Origin: Candidatus Methanosuratincola verstraetei
Lineage (GTDB): Archaea; Thermoproteota; Methanomethylicia; Methanomethylicales; Methanomethylicaceae
Reading direction: 5' to 3'
DNA: 64,000 bases
Assembly (NCBI GenBank): GCA_049570475.1
Contig: CP186953.1
Span: 1,376,001 to 1,440,000, forward strand
Part shown: positions 18,551 through 28,132 of the stretch, one piece after another
How the letters are laid out: each line of letters opens with the position of its first letter
Position numbering within the stretch: the first letter of the stretch is position 1
The notes under the pieces: model-generated
What the model saw: the letters and a program-made list of their open reading frames with translations, nothing else
What the model was told of the DNA's origin: nothing
The model's database searches: none
Program-made: the position numbers and the translations under genes

Positions 18551-18986
18551 CCCCCTCGCCAAGGAGGATCCTTATTATTCTGGCGGCGTTCCTGAGCCTC
18601 CCTGTCGCCTCCTCGAGGTAGTCCAGCCCTTCCTGTGTTATCCTGTACACCCTCTTCGCCGGGCCGCCCTCAGACGTGTCCCACTCGGATACCAAGAGCC
18701 CCGCCTTCTCCATCCTCCTCAGCATTATGTAAACGATCGACTTCGCGGGATCAACTCCGAACTTCTCCTTCAGGCTTTGGTGTATGCTGCCCCCGTGCAA
18801 CTCCTTTTCCTTCAGCAAGCTCAGTATAGCAAGGTGCAGCAGCCCCTTTGGGGTCGCCTCCCTTCCAGGGATCTGCCTGAAGGCAGGATGCCCCACATGT
18901 GGCCCACATCCGCACGGCGGTCCACACCTCGGGTCAGGTTCTCTCCCGATCTCTTCGCCGATGAACTCTTCTCTTCTATGGCACAT
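18525..18986 (-). CDS. PadR family transcriptional regulator with Cys/His-rich N-terminus
   Basis: 'ILSLLKEKELHG', 'VYIMLRRMEKAGLL', 'GPAKRVYRITQEG'. Confidence 0.9.
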   Translation of the reverse strand: MCHRREEFIGEEIGREPDPRCGPPCGCGPHVGHPAFRQIPGREATPKGLLHLAILSLLKEKELHGGSIHQSLKEKFGVDPAKSIVYIMLRRMEKAGLLVSEWDTSEGGPAKRVYRITQEGLDYLEEATGRLRNAARIIRILLGEGDGPDAQRS

Positions 18987-18996
18987 ATAAATCGCC

Positions 18997-19023
18997 AACT
19001 TAGGTATCTAAGTTACTTAGATA
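18997..19023. promoter_or_regulatory. Overlapping inverted repeats; probable PadR operator
   Basis: AACTTAG-gtat-CTAAGTT (18997-19014) and TATCTAAGT-t-ACTTAGATA (19005-19023), between a TATA-like run and the padR start. Confidence 0.6.
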
Positions 19024-19246
19024 TATATGTTTTCTTTTCCACTAAGCTCAATGAGCGAATAACATTTATCAACGGGCATAGCAGCAGGTTGTGTACCTCC
19101 CGTCCCCCCTCCTTCATCTGGCACGCTGGTGGATCGGGAAGGGAGGGCAAAACGGGATTCCCGAAGACAATCAATGCAGCCTGACTGCAGCCTCCGGGTG
19201 CCGCATAGGCATATTCCAATACACCGGCGGGAGCTACCAGGGAAGT

Positions 19247-19861
19247 TCACGTCTGGAGGTCCGGGTCCCTCAGGTTCTTCAACTCTGAGATTGTGGTTCC
19301 CAGCTCCGAGGACTTCTTCAGCTGCCTCTGAAATATGCTTGCGGCCAGGTACGCGTCGTTGAGCGCGTCGTGCCTCGAGGCAGGGTTGAGCCTGTACCTT
19401 TCGAGGAGCTCTTCGAAGCTGATCCTTCGCGGTACGGGGATCCCCTCCCTCCTCAACAACCAAGCTTCGACCCTTGCGATGTCGATGCTCCTGTCTAACG
19501 ATGGCATCGGGCTCGCGTGCCTCCCTAGTCTTTTGTACCTCTCCCGCAGGAATGCCCTGTCGAAGTCTGTGGCATACCCGATCATCGTCTTCCCCTCCAG
19601 CATAGTCCTCACCTTCCCGGAAACCTCCTCGAAGGAAGGGGCCCCTTCGAGGTCCTTAGGGCATATGCCATGGAATTTTATCGACTTCTCATCGAGCCTG
19701 CCAGGCTTCACGAGGGTGTGGAAGGCGCTCCCGAGGAGGATCCTGTATCCCCTCATCGGTATGATCGCAATTGCCACGATCTCGTCCGAGCTCGGCCTCA
19801 GTCCTGTCGTCTCCAGATCCACTGCCGCAAAGTCCCCTTCTTCAAGAGCCTGGTCAGCCAT
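19247..19861 (-). CDS. DEDDh 3'-5' exonuclease (DnaQ/RNase T-like)
   Basis: 'VDLETTG', 'FDRAFL', 'HDALNDA'. Confidence 0.92.
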   Translation of the reverse strand: MADQALEEGDFAAVDLETTGLRPSSDEIVAIAIIPMRGYRILLGSAFHTLVKPGRLDEKSIKFHGICPKDLEGAPSFEEVSGKVRTMLEGKTMIGYATDFDRAFLRERYKRLGRHASPMPSLDRSIDIARVEAWLLRREGIPVPRRISFEELLERYRLNPASRHDALNDAYLAASIFQRQLKKSSELGTTISELKNLRDPDLQT

Positions 19862-19870
19862 CGTCCAGCC

Positions 19871-21502
19871 TCAACTCATCATTCCCTTCAGGCTTTTTAT
19901 TTGCTCAACTGCCGTCTTAACGGCCTTCTTGTGGACATTCTTGTCCAGCCTTACCTGATCACCGCACACTTTGCCCATCAACTCAAAGGTCCTCAGGGCT
20001 ATGTAGGCCTCCCTTAAAGTCCCGGAAAGCTCCCACGGGACAAGGCCTTGGCTGCCGAGCGTCTCGAGCCTTTCCCAGGTGGGCTTTGGTACCATGTCCC
20101 CGTGCCGGCAAGCCAGCATCTTTACCATGTCAGCAATCTCCCTGAGGAGCACCCCCGCTTCCCCGCGGCTGCCCGCGAGGGCCGTCGCCCCCTCAAGCGC
20201 TCCTCGGCCTATCCGCTCCCTCAGGGCGTCCCGGAATCTGAGGCAGGCGCGGTTGTCTCCTGAGACGTAGCGCGCGTCGATCAGGTCGAGGAGCCTGTCT
20301 GGGCTGAGGTCGCCCAAGAAGACCTGAATGTCCGCATCGCAGAACTCGACCTTCCGGGCATTGATACCTGCCGCCGCAAGCGCCTCCTGTAGCCCCTCCA
20401 CCTGTTTGCTGCCGACTACCAGCAGCTCCGCTTCAAGGGGGAAACTGAATTCGCCCCTCCCAAGCTCGCCCATGAGCATTGCCGCGCTCCTAGCCTCTGG
20501 GTCCCCGAACCAAGGGGAAATCGCCTTCTTTGCCGCAGAGTCAGCGAGCCTTGCCACTATTGCCGAGATCGAGGGGTAATCCAGGCCGCGCCTTGAGGCG
20601 TTCCTGATCACCTCGTCCATACCTCTTTGTGGCGCAATGGATCCGCCGGGGCCCGATCCCGCCGCCCCTTTCGTGACCCTTAAGAAGTGGGTGTGGACCT
20701 CGAGGCTCGATATGAGGTCTTTGATAGATATCACCCCCGCCAGCCTCCCGCCCTCGACCACCGCGAGGTGGTTGACCCCGTAGGAAACGAATTTGACATA
20801 CGCGTCCAGTACCGAGGACCTCGACCCGACCGTGATCACCGGCGAGGACATTGCCCGCTCGACCGGCTCCAGGATCCCGGCGCCCCTGCTGATGTGCCTG
20901 AGGACATCCGAGTGGGTCACTATCCCGACGGGCTCCATCCCTAGACCAACGACCAAGACGCTCCCCACCCTTTGGTCGACCATGAGCCTGATTGCGTCCA
21001 TGAGTCTCTCCTCCCTCGAGCAGAAGACCGGGCTCCTGTCGACGATCTGGCTCACCGGCTTGTGCAGGCCCCCCTCCCCCCCCTCCAGGCTGCCTGACCC
21101 CAAGAGCTGGAGGAACCTCTTGGAGCTCAGGCTCTCGACGTAGCTCCTGAATGCCCCGTTCCTCTCGGTCACGAGCCTCACCGCTGCCGGCTCCAGCTCG
21201 AAGACCACCGAGTCCTCGAGGGCCCTCCCGTCGCACTCTGGTTCCCATCCGGCGCCGAGGGCTGCCTCGATGCCGAGAAGCTCGCCCTCCTCGGCGACTT
21301 CCTCCAGGCCCGCCTCCGAGAAGAGCCCGATCCTCCCCTCCCTAACGAAGTAGAGCCTCCCTGGGCTCTCACCGCGCCTGAATACCTGTTTCCCTTCCTT
21401 GTAGAACCCAACATCCATCCTGCCCACGAGATCCTCGAGCTCTCCTTTTTGGAGCAGGGAGAATGGCTTCACCTTTGAGAGGTACTCGGCTGGGGGGAAC
21501 AT
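19871..21502 (-). CDS. cNMP-binding + CBS-pair protein with degenerate DUF294-like C-terminus
   Basis: 'PFSLL..VFRRGE..LYFVREG' cNMP domain; CBS pair; 'MGELGRGE' in place of the GS.GR.E NTase motif. Confidence 0.75.
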   Translation of the reverse strand: MFPPAEYLSKVKPFSLLQKGELEDLVGRMDVGFYKEGKQVFRRGESPGRLYFVREGRIGLFSEAGLEEVAEEGELLGIEAALGAGWEPECDGRALEDSVVFELEPAAVRLVTERNGAFRSYVESLSSKRFLQLLGSGSLEGGEGGLHKPVSQIVDRSPVFCSREERLMDAIRLMVDQRVGSVLVVGLGMEPVGIVTHSDVLRHISRGAGILEPVERAMSSPVITVGSRSSVLDAYVKFVSYGVNHLAVVEGGRLAGVISIKDLISSLEVHTHFLRVTKGAAGSGPGGSIAPQRGMDEVIRNASRRGLDYPSISAIVARLADSAAKKAISPWFGDPEARSAAMLMGELGRGEFSFPLEAELLVVGSKQVEGLQEALAAAGINARKVEFCDADIQVFLGDLSPDRLLDLIDARYVSGDNRACLRFRDALRERIGRGALEGATALAGSRGEAGVLLREIADMVKMLACRHGDMVPKPTWERLETLGSQGLVPWELSGTLREAYIALRTFELMGKVCGDQVRLDKNVHKKAVKTAVEQIKSLKGMMS

Positions 21503-21515
21503 GGGAACTCCACCG

Positions 21516-22901
21516 TCATACGAACGACCTTTCTATGTGGCTCTGGAAGACCTTGACTGTCCTCATTGCCTGCTTGATCATCCCGATCTCGACCGGCGTG
21601 AGGGCAGACGTCTCGATCGTCCCTTGGGTCAACAGCTGGGAAGCGATCTTGAAGCCCATTATTATCTCGTAGCTTTGGAGGAGCTCCCGGCTCAGCTCCG
21701 GCGAGATCACCTTGTACTTCCCCAGCTGCTCTATCCTCTCCGATGTTGGAGTCGCGGTTATGCTGTTCGTTACCGCCAGCCCCCTTACCGGGTACTCCAG
21801 GGGGGCCACTGCCTTGGACTTGAAGTCGAAGGACTTGGGGATCCCGAGAGGGGAGAGCGGGGGTCTGTACATGAGGGACTGGGCGACAAAGAGGCGGTTC
21901 CTGTGGAGCTTCTTCGCAAGGGCATCCTTGACCCCCCCGAGGATCCGGCTGTCCCCCAGCACCGCCCTCGAGTCCGCGATGATCGAGAGCTCGACCGCAA
22001 ACCTCTGGGGGTCGCTGCCCCACCTGTCGATGAGGCCCAGCAGCTCCTGGCGCCCGAACAGGAGCTTCCTGGCGGTGTACCCGTGCTGGCACGGCGGGAA
22101 GCCGACCTCGTCCATGCCGTCCTCGAGGCCCTCCACCCATGACCTGAACTCCCCCCCTCCGTCGGAGCCCTCCTCGTATACCGCCAGCGTGTCCCTGTCG
22201 GTGAGCACGAACTGCTCTTTTCTACCCCAGCTCCCGCTCGCCGCGTAAACCGCGCCCTCCGGGATGCCGCCCTTGATGTTCGCGACCGCCATCAGGGCAG
22301 CGTCCACCACCTGGCTGATGCTCTCGAAGAACGCCGTGCTCCTCGTCATCCCGCCCCTCTTGGAGGCGATGAGCGCGCTCTTGATTATTTCGTCCTTGAA
22401 CTCCGCGACGATCTGCCTGACCTCGTCCAGATTCCTCGCCCGCCGTAGCCTGATCACGTAGTAGACGTGGAATGGCCCGAGCCTGTAAGCGAGGTCCCCG
22501 ATCGTCACGACCCCGCGCACCCTCCCCCCCTCGGTGACAAGGGTGTGCTTTATCCTGTGCTCCAGCATCTTCGAGAGCGCATCGTGGATCCCCTCGTCGA
22601 TCTCGACCGAAACCAGGTTATGGAGCCTGCCCGGCTTCCCCCTCAGGTATTCGCCGATGCTCAAGCCCACATCCACCCCCTCAGCGACCACCTCCCGGAG
22701 GTCGGAGTCGGTGAGTATCCCGACGGGCTTGCCGCCCTCCACCACGACGACCGACGAGACCCCCTCCAGGCGCATCATCTTCGCCGCGGTCTTTATTGGC
22801 ACGTCTGCCATGGCCCAGACCAGCCCCCTCAATGGCAACTTCTTGAGCGGCCCGCCCCCCCTCTCGGGCTCTCCATCGCCCCCTCCCTCTGCCCCTCCCA
22901 T
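21516..22901 (-). CDS. CBS-pair + DUF294 nucleotidyltransferase
   Basis: CBS repeats; 'GSWGRKEQFVLTDRD' NTase motif; 'GFPPC', 'FDFK' DUF294_C-like. Confidence 0.85.
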   Translation of the reverse strand: MGGAEGGGDGEPERGGGPLKKLPLRGLVWAMADVPIKTAAKMMRLEGVSSVVVVEGGKPVGILTDSDLREVVAEGVDVGLSIGEYLRGKPGRLHNLVSVEIDEGIHDALSKMLEHRIKHTLVTEGGRVRGVVTIGDLAYRLGPFHVYYVIRLRRARNLDEVRQIVAEFKDEIIKSALIASKRGGMTRSTAFFESISQVVDAALMAVANIKGGIPEGAVYAASGSWGRKEQFVLTDRDTLAVYEEGSDGGGEFRSWVEGLEDGMDEVGFPPCQHGYTARKLLFGRQELLGLIDRWGSDPQRFAVELSIIADSRAVLGDSRILGGVKDALAKKLHRNRLFVAQSLMYRPPLSPLGIPKSFDFKSKAVAPLEYPVRGLAVTNSITATPTSERIEQLGKYKVISPELSRELLQSYEIIMGFKIASQLLTQGTIETSALTPVEIGMIKQAMRTVKVFQSHIERSFV

Positions 22902-22917
22902 TTAAGGCACCCCGAAC

Positions 22918-24669
22918 TCACTCAGGGGTCTTCAGCTCCTCGACGAACCTGATAGTCTCTGGCTTGTTGGCCCTCTTTCCCCCCGTTGCTATCGAGACCA
23001 AGACTGAGGAGATCAAGTTGGCCAAGAAGGCTATCGTGCCCCACGCCAATGTGCCAATCCTGTTGTCCATCACCGTCAAAGGCGAAACCCCCATCAGCCC
23101 TACCCCGAGTACGTAGGGGAGCGCGATCGCCATGCCGCAGACCATCCCCGCGACGAGGCCGTACTTGTTGAGCCCCTTCCAGAAGATCCCGAGTATGACC
23201 ACGGGCGTGAACGAAGCGGCCGCGAAGACGAACGCCCAGCCCACCAGCAAGGCGACGTAGGTGGAGAACGTCTTGTCCTGGAGCGCCAGCGCCCCGAATG
23301 CGCCTGACAGCAGCGAGAGGATCACGACCATCCCCCTCCCGATCCAGAGCTCCCTCCGCTCCGTGGTCTTCGGGTTTATGAACCTCTTGTATATGTCCCT
23401 CGTAGCCCCGACAGCCATGACCATGATCAGCCCGTTCGCGGTGCTCAGCGCCGCAGCCATCCCACCGATCGCCACGATCGCGGCGAAGAACCAGGGGAGC
23501 CCGAACATGTCAGGCATCCCGACAACGACTATGTCGTTGTGGAACGAGAGCTCCGGAGGCTGGATCAGCCCGTCAGCGTTCAGGTCGGTCAGCTTGATTA
23601 GCCCAGTGGGGATCCACTTCTGGATCCATGAGAGATCGAGGGCCTGGTCTATCGGCATCCCCCAGACCCCTGAGAAGGCGTACCTGGCAAGGATCGCGTA
23701 AACCGGAGCCGTGACGTAGAGGAGGGCGATGAATGTGAGCCCCCATCCGACCCCGTACCTCGCAGTCTTCACGTTCTTGACCAAGTAGAACTGGGAGAGG
23801 ACGTGCGGGAGACCTACTGTCCCGAGCATGAGGCACAGGGCTGAGAGGAGCCAGTTTGCGTGCCCGGTCCCGCCCCCGAATGCCTTCACGAAGGGCTCCG
23901 TGAAGGCAGCGAGCCCGTTCGCGACCTCCTTCGCCTCGAGCTGGCTGAGGAGCTCGCCGTACCCGAAGTGCGGCCACGGGTTGAAGATCCCTGCTACGTA
24001 GGCGGCTCCGAGGAATGCGACCCAGTACGCGACTATCAGGATCCAGTACTGCGCAACATTGACCCAGACGATGGACTTCCAGCCCCCCGTGCCTGCGAAG
24101 ATCGCCACGATCGCCGATGCCATGACGGCGCCGAAGATGGCCGGCAGGCCCAGGAACCTGCCCACGATCACGCCCGTCGCAACCAGCTGGGCCACCAGGT
24201 AGGTGAAAGAGATGATGATCAGCATCAGGACCGCGGTGACCCTGGCGAGGGGCCAGTTGGATGCCCTCGTCTCGATGAACTCGGGGACAGTGTACGTGCC
24301 TGACTTCCTAATGAAGGGCGCTATCATGAACGCGGCTATGCAGTAGCCGAGCGTCCATCCGAGTATGTAGGGCATCCCGTCGAAGCCGAGGAGGGCGATC
24401 GTCCCTGCCATGGAGACGAAGGACGCGCCGCTCATCCAGTTAGAGGCTATCGACGAGCCGATCGGTATGGCTCCGACGCTCCTACCCGCTACGTAAAAGT
24501 CCCCCGCACTCCTGGTCCTCATCAGGAACGCGATGATCGTGTACAGGAAGAGCGATCCGAAGAGGGCAGCTGCGGCTGCCATGAATGTGCTGCCGGTGAA
24601 GGCGAGCCCTGCCACCACCGCAATGTATGCGATGGCGAAGGCTGCGAATGCCCGCTTGCCTATTAACAA
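22918..24669 (-). CDS. actP: Sodium:solute symporter, ActP / VC_2705-like (acetate/monocarboxylate)
   Basis: 'DFYVAGR', 'WMSGASF', 'GTVGLPHVL..FY', 'AAALSTANG'. Confidence 0.8.
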   Translation of the reverse strand: MLIGKRAFAAFAIAYIAVVAGLAFTGSTFMAAAAALFGSLFLYTIIAFLMRTRSAGDFYVAGRSVGAIPIGSSIASNWMSGASFVSMAGTIALLGFDGMPYILGWTLGYCIAAFMIAPFIRKSGTYTVPEFIETRASNWPLARVTAVLMLIIISFTYLVAQLVATGVIVGRFLGLPAIFGAVMASAIVAIFAGTGGWKSIVWVNVAQYWILIVAYWVAFLGAAYVAGIFNPWPHFGYGELLSQLEAKEVANGLAAFTEPFVKAFGGGTGHANWLLSALCLMLGTVGLPHVLSQFYLVKNVKTARYGVGWGLTFIALLYVTAPVYAILARYAFSGVWGMPIDQALDLSWIQKWIPTGLIKLTDLNADGLIQPPELSFHNDIVVVGMPDMFGLPWFFAAIVAIGGMAAALSTANGLIMVMAVGATRDIYKRFINPKTTERRELWIGRGMVVILSLLSGAFGALALQDKTFSTYVALLVGWAFVFAAASFTPVVILGIFWKGLNKYGLVAGMVCGMAIALPYVLGVGLMGVSPLTVMDNRIGTLAWGTIAFLANLISSVLVSIATGGKRANKPETIRFVEELKTPE

Positions 24670-24673
24670 TACA

Positions 24674-25043
24674 TCAGGCCCCCTTGAAAGCCCTGTCCGT
24701 CCTCTCCATCACGTAGGCGTACATGAATATCAGCACAATCCCGATCAAAATCGCAAGGAAGGCGGCGTTGAACCAGTGCAGGGGGATGCCGTCCAGGATC
24801 GTTACCTCTCGCGTCGCCCCTATCGGCAGGTGCATTATGATAGCGGGCACGGTCCATGCGAGCATCCATACCACAGTTATCTTCTTCAGCTTCTTCCAGT
24901 ATTTTCCGTATCTAATGCCAGCCTCTTCCTCGACTGCTGCCCTCCCCCCTCCGCCGGAATCACCCGCCTCAGGATCCCCGCCTGGCGGTTTCTGGGGGCT
25001 TCTCGGTCTGGTCGATCGGGAGACGTCATTCTCCCACCCCACC
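24674..25043 (-). CDS. DUF4212 small membrane partner of the symporter (start uncertain)
   Basis: 'YWKK....VWMLAW', 'GIPLHWF', 'YAYVMERTD'; standard position upstream of actP; no clean start codon near the conserved part. Confidence 0.7.
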
Positions 25044-25712
25044 CTTACCGGTTCAGGGATGTGGGCACCCCGGCTGGCACTCCCGGAGTCAAATCGTGGC
25101 GGCTTGGCGCTCCGCCGGTCCGAAAAATTACGTTTGCCAAGCAGCGTATCTCTATTTCCAAAAAGTGTGCCAGCAATTGACTTATCAAGTCCTGGTGTTG
25201 GCATACGTAAAGATGCCCATATCTCGAATATAAACTTATTCAATAATTACAATTATTTATCATTATAGTTATTCAAAGAATAAATTTTGGGAATCAAGGG
25301 CTTGCGCCGCTACGAACAGGGTCGGGGCTAGTGGGTCTGCCAAACAATCGACTTTATCACTAGGAGGTGCCTACTTGGTGTCTGGAGTTAATATAAATGC
25401 CAGAATCTACTGGGCACTGGAAGAAGAAGTTTGACAGGAAGAGGAGGATCACGGGCGGCCCGTTCAATAAACCTCGCAGGAAGACCATGACATGGGTAGT
25501 GGCGAAGAAGTAGCTACACACAAAAAAGACGTTCCCCGCCTTCCGACATCTTATTTTGATGTTTTTTAAAAGCGGCACTGGTAGGTGCTGCACAAGCCCC
25601 TTGGCGCATGGTGTTTGCAGCATGCAATTTTTTCTGCGGCGCGAACCACGGAATGTCCGCTTAACTGGGCGCTATGCAGTGAGAAATCCCGTTCCGCAGC
25701 CTTTTTCCCTCT

Positions 25713-26183
25713 TCATCCCGCAAGGATGGCTTCTGCCGCCTCCTGCGCCCATTTCTTGATCTTCTCCAATTCGCCTTCCCTGAGCTCCCATGTGTTCTTG
25801 CCTTTCCCTTCGACGTACGCGATCAGGTGGGGCTTGAAGATGGAGGCGCCCAGCCCCGAAAGCCTCTTCTCGATTCCCTTGGCTGCATTACCGCTCAGCG
25901 CCGACTTGATCTGCGTGTCGAATGCCGACCCCCTCTTGCCCTTCACATCCTCGGATCTGAGGGCATCGAGGAACCCGGTGATGTCCTTGGATGGTCGGAA
26001 TGCCATTGTGGGCGCGCCAACTATCAGGCAGCCGTATTCTTTCACTCTCTCCCTGTCGAAATCCTTGCAGTAGAGGCAGTCTGCGTCCGCTCCTTTTGCC
26101 TTCATCTCTTCCGCGATGGTCTGCGCAACCCTCATCGTGACCTTGGAGGGCGAGACAGAATCGTACACGACCAAGACCTTCGT
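25713..26183 (-). CDS. Flavodoxin-like protein (possible ACG start)
   Basis: 'KVLVVYDS', 'IVGAPT', 'AFDT'; the ORF-track start TTG 26174 truncates the first strand. Confidence 0.8.
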   Translation of the reverse strand, partial: TKVLVVYDSVSPSKVTMRVAQTIAEEMKAKGADADCLYCKDFDRERVKEYGCLIVGAPTMAFRPSKDITGFLDALRSEDVKGKRGSAFDTQIKSALSGNAAKGIEKRLSGLGASIFKPHLIAYVEGKGKNTWELREGELEKIKKWAQEAAEAILAG

Positions 26184-26264
26184 AAAATTCCCCGGTTAAT
26201 AGATGTGCACGCTGGTAATTAAGCATTCAAAATCAGCGTCTTCTTCCCGGCGCCAAAGACCTGA

Positions 26265-27635
26265 TCATTCTGGGGCCGCTGCACTGTATGCCCTCTTGAT
26301 GTAGGCGTCCATATCGAACTTCCTGTTCAGGCCGCCCTCGGACATGTAGCGGACCTTGCCAAAGATGCCCCTCTCCCTGAACGGCCGGTCGTGGAGCCCA
26401 AAGCACCACCCGATGCCGGCGTAGCTGTTCGGATCCCTGCCGTCGAGCGCGTACTTGTTGTTGAGGTAGACCATCGCCCGGTACGCCTCCTCGATCCCCT
26501 CCGACCACTCGATTATTTTCTTCCCCCAGTACATCCTCATGTAGTTGTGTATCTTCCCCTTGGTGAGGAGCTCGTACTGGGCTGCGTTCCAGTACTTGTC
26601 GTGCGTCCTGGCGCCCTCGAGTTCGCCCAGGCTGTACACATATTCCCTCCGATCCCCCTCGTGTGCCTTCAGGCTCTCCGCGGCCCATCCGGGGATGAAG
26701 TCGAAGGGTCTGCTTAGAGACTTCGCGTAAAGCGTGAAATTGTGGGCGAGCTCCCTCCTCACTATCAGCTGCTCGAAGATGGCTCTGTAATTCTCGTTTG
26801 GCGGTCCTGCGCGCCGGGCGCCCTCGAGGATCTGGGCTGGGCTTATGTGGCCGAAGTGGAGGTAGGGGCTGAGACCGCTTTCCGCCTGTGATGCCGGGTC
26901 CCCCCTCCGTGCAGCGAATATGGGATACTTCTTCTCAAGGAAATTTCCGAGCAGCCTGGACGCATTTCCGCTCCCTCCCGCCGCGCCGCACAGTGGGACA
27001 TCCTCAACCTGCCCCTTCAGTATCCTTGCGTGGTCTGAGGGGTCGAAGTCAAGCTCGTCATCCAGCCTCTCGCCCCTGTACTCGCGCGTCGCGAAATCCC
27101 CCTCATAGATCGGGGCAAGCCTCGTTATCTTCGGCCTCAGCGTGTAGGCTCCGTACTCCATCCTGCCGCTCGCCGCCTTCACCGGGACCAAGACGTTGGG
27201 CTCGACCTCCACGATCCCCGACTCAAAACTCCGGTAGACCCTCTCCCTGATCCCCCTCATCGCCGGGAGATAGGCGGCGTCGGAGACCAGCGTGTACGCC
27301 TCAGCCGCGTACTCGGCTAATATCTTCTCGAACTTCCCCTTCCTGAGGTGGAGGGCGATCCCCCTCCTGGCTAGCCCCTCCCTGACATCCACGAGCCCCT
27401 CGAGGAAGAACTTGAAGCTCCTGGCGTTCGCCTCCGGATATCCCAGGTCCAGCACGGCTAGGACAATCAGCGGCCTCCCGGATCTGTTGGCTGCCTCGAC
27501 CGCATACTCCAGGCTGGGGTTATGCGACACCCTGAATGCGCCCTGCATCCAATACACGACTACATTGCCGCTCCCAGAGGGCTCTTTTACGGTGAGGGCC
27601 CTGCCTGCCTTATCCAAGACTGATGCCCCTCGCAA
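26265..27635 (-). CDS. phrB: Class II CPD photolyase
   Basis: 'VVYWMQ', 'SGLSPYLHFGHIS', 'EQLIVRREL', 'HNYMRMYWGKKI', 'LDGRDPNSY'. Confidence 0.95.
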   Translation of the reverse strand: MRGASVLDKAGRALTVKEPSGSGNVVVYWMQGAFRVSHNPSLEYAVEAANRSGRPLIVLAVLDLGYPEANARSFKFFLEGLVDVREGLARRGIALHLRKGKFEKILAEYAAEAYTLVSDAAYLPAMRGIRERVYRSFESGIVEVEPNVLVPVKAASGRMEYGAYTLRPKITRLAPIYEGDFATREYRGERLDDELDFDPSDHARILKGQVEDVPLCGAAGGSGNASRLLGNFLEKKYPIFAARRGDPASQAESGLSPYLHFGHISPAQILEGARRAGPPNENYRAIFEQLIVRRELAHNFTLYAKSLSRPFDFIPGWAAESLKAHEGDRREYVYSLGELEGARTHDKYWNAAQYELLTKGKIHNYMRMYWGKKIIEWSEGIEEAYRAMVYLNNKYALDGRDPNSYAGIGWCFGLHDRPFRERGIFGKVRYMSEGGLNRKFDMDAYIKRAYSAAAPE

Positions 27636-27674
27636 TCCTTTTTCCCCTCTACACCGCCCGATTCGCCGATCGCT

Positions 27675-28061
27675 CTACCCGGCTCGGAAGATGAGCCACT
27701 GGTTCTCCCCCGCCCTGCTGAACCTGACCAGAGCGTACCTCCCGGAGAGTTTTCTCCCCCTGAAGACCACCTCGATCTTTCCCTCTTCCCAAACAATCGC
27801 CTCGTAGACCCCGCTGTCCCAGATGGAGACTGTCCCTGCTCCGTACTCCCCCTCCGGTATAGTCCCCTCGAAGCCCGCGTACCCGAGCGGGTGGTCCTCT
27901 ACCTGTATCGCGAGCCTCTTGACCCCCTTCTCGAGCGGGATCCCCTTGGGAACCGCCCAACTCTTCAGCACGCCGTCCTTCTCAAGCCTCAAGTCGTAGT
28001 GCAGCCGCCTCGCATGGTGCTCATGAACGACAAATATTCTTCCCGTTTGGGTCCATTCCAT
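27675..28061 (-). CDS. Stand-alone LigD 3'-phosphoesterase (PE) domain
   Basis: 'FVVHEHHARRLHYDLRLE..GVLKSWAVPKG', 'RLAIQVEDHP..Y..FEG.IP..EYGAG'. Confidence 0.95.
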   Translation of the reverse strand: MEWTQTGRIFVVHEHHARRLHYDLRLEKDGVLKSWAVPKGIPLEKGVKRLAIQVEDHPLGYAGFEGTIPEGEYGAGTVSIWDSGVYEAIVWEEGKIEVVFRGRKLSGRYALVRFSRAGENQWLIFRAG

Positions 28062-28132
28062 ATGGGCTGACTTCCAAAGTGATCTTTCATCTTGAGCACA
28101 AAAAAGTTTCACTTATTGGCGTGCCCTGCCAT

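Noticed and set aside
17579-18595. Long alternative-frame ORFs (e.g. 17579-18595, 43486-44304, 2176-3186)
   Set aside because: Antisense shadows of GC3-rich genes that have clear family motifs or operon context on the other strand.
25375-25470. Selenocysteine or other readthrough at the in-frame TGA of the small RBS-led ORF
   Set aside because: No redox motif context, only 11 further codons, and no SECIS-like element identified.
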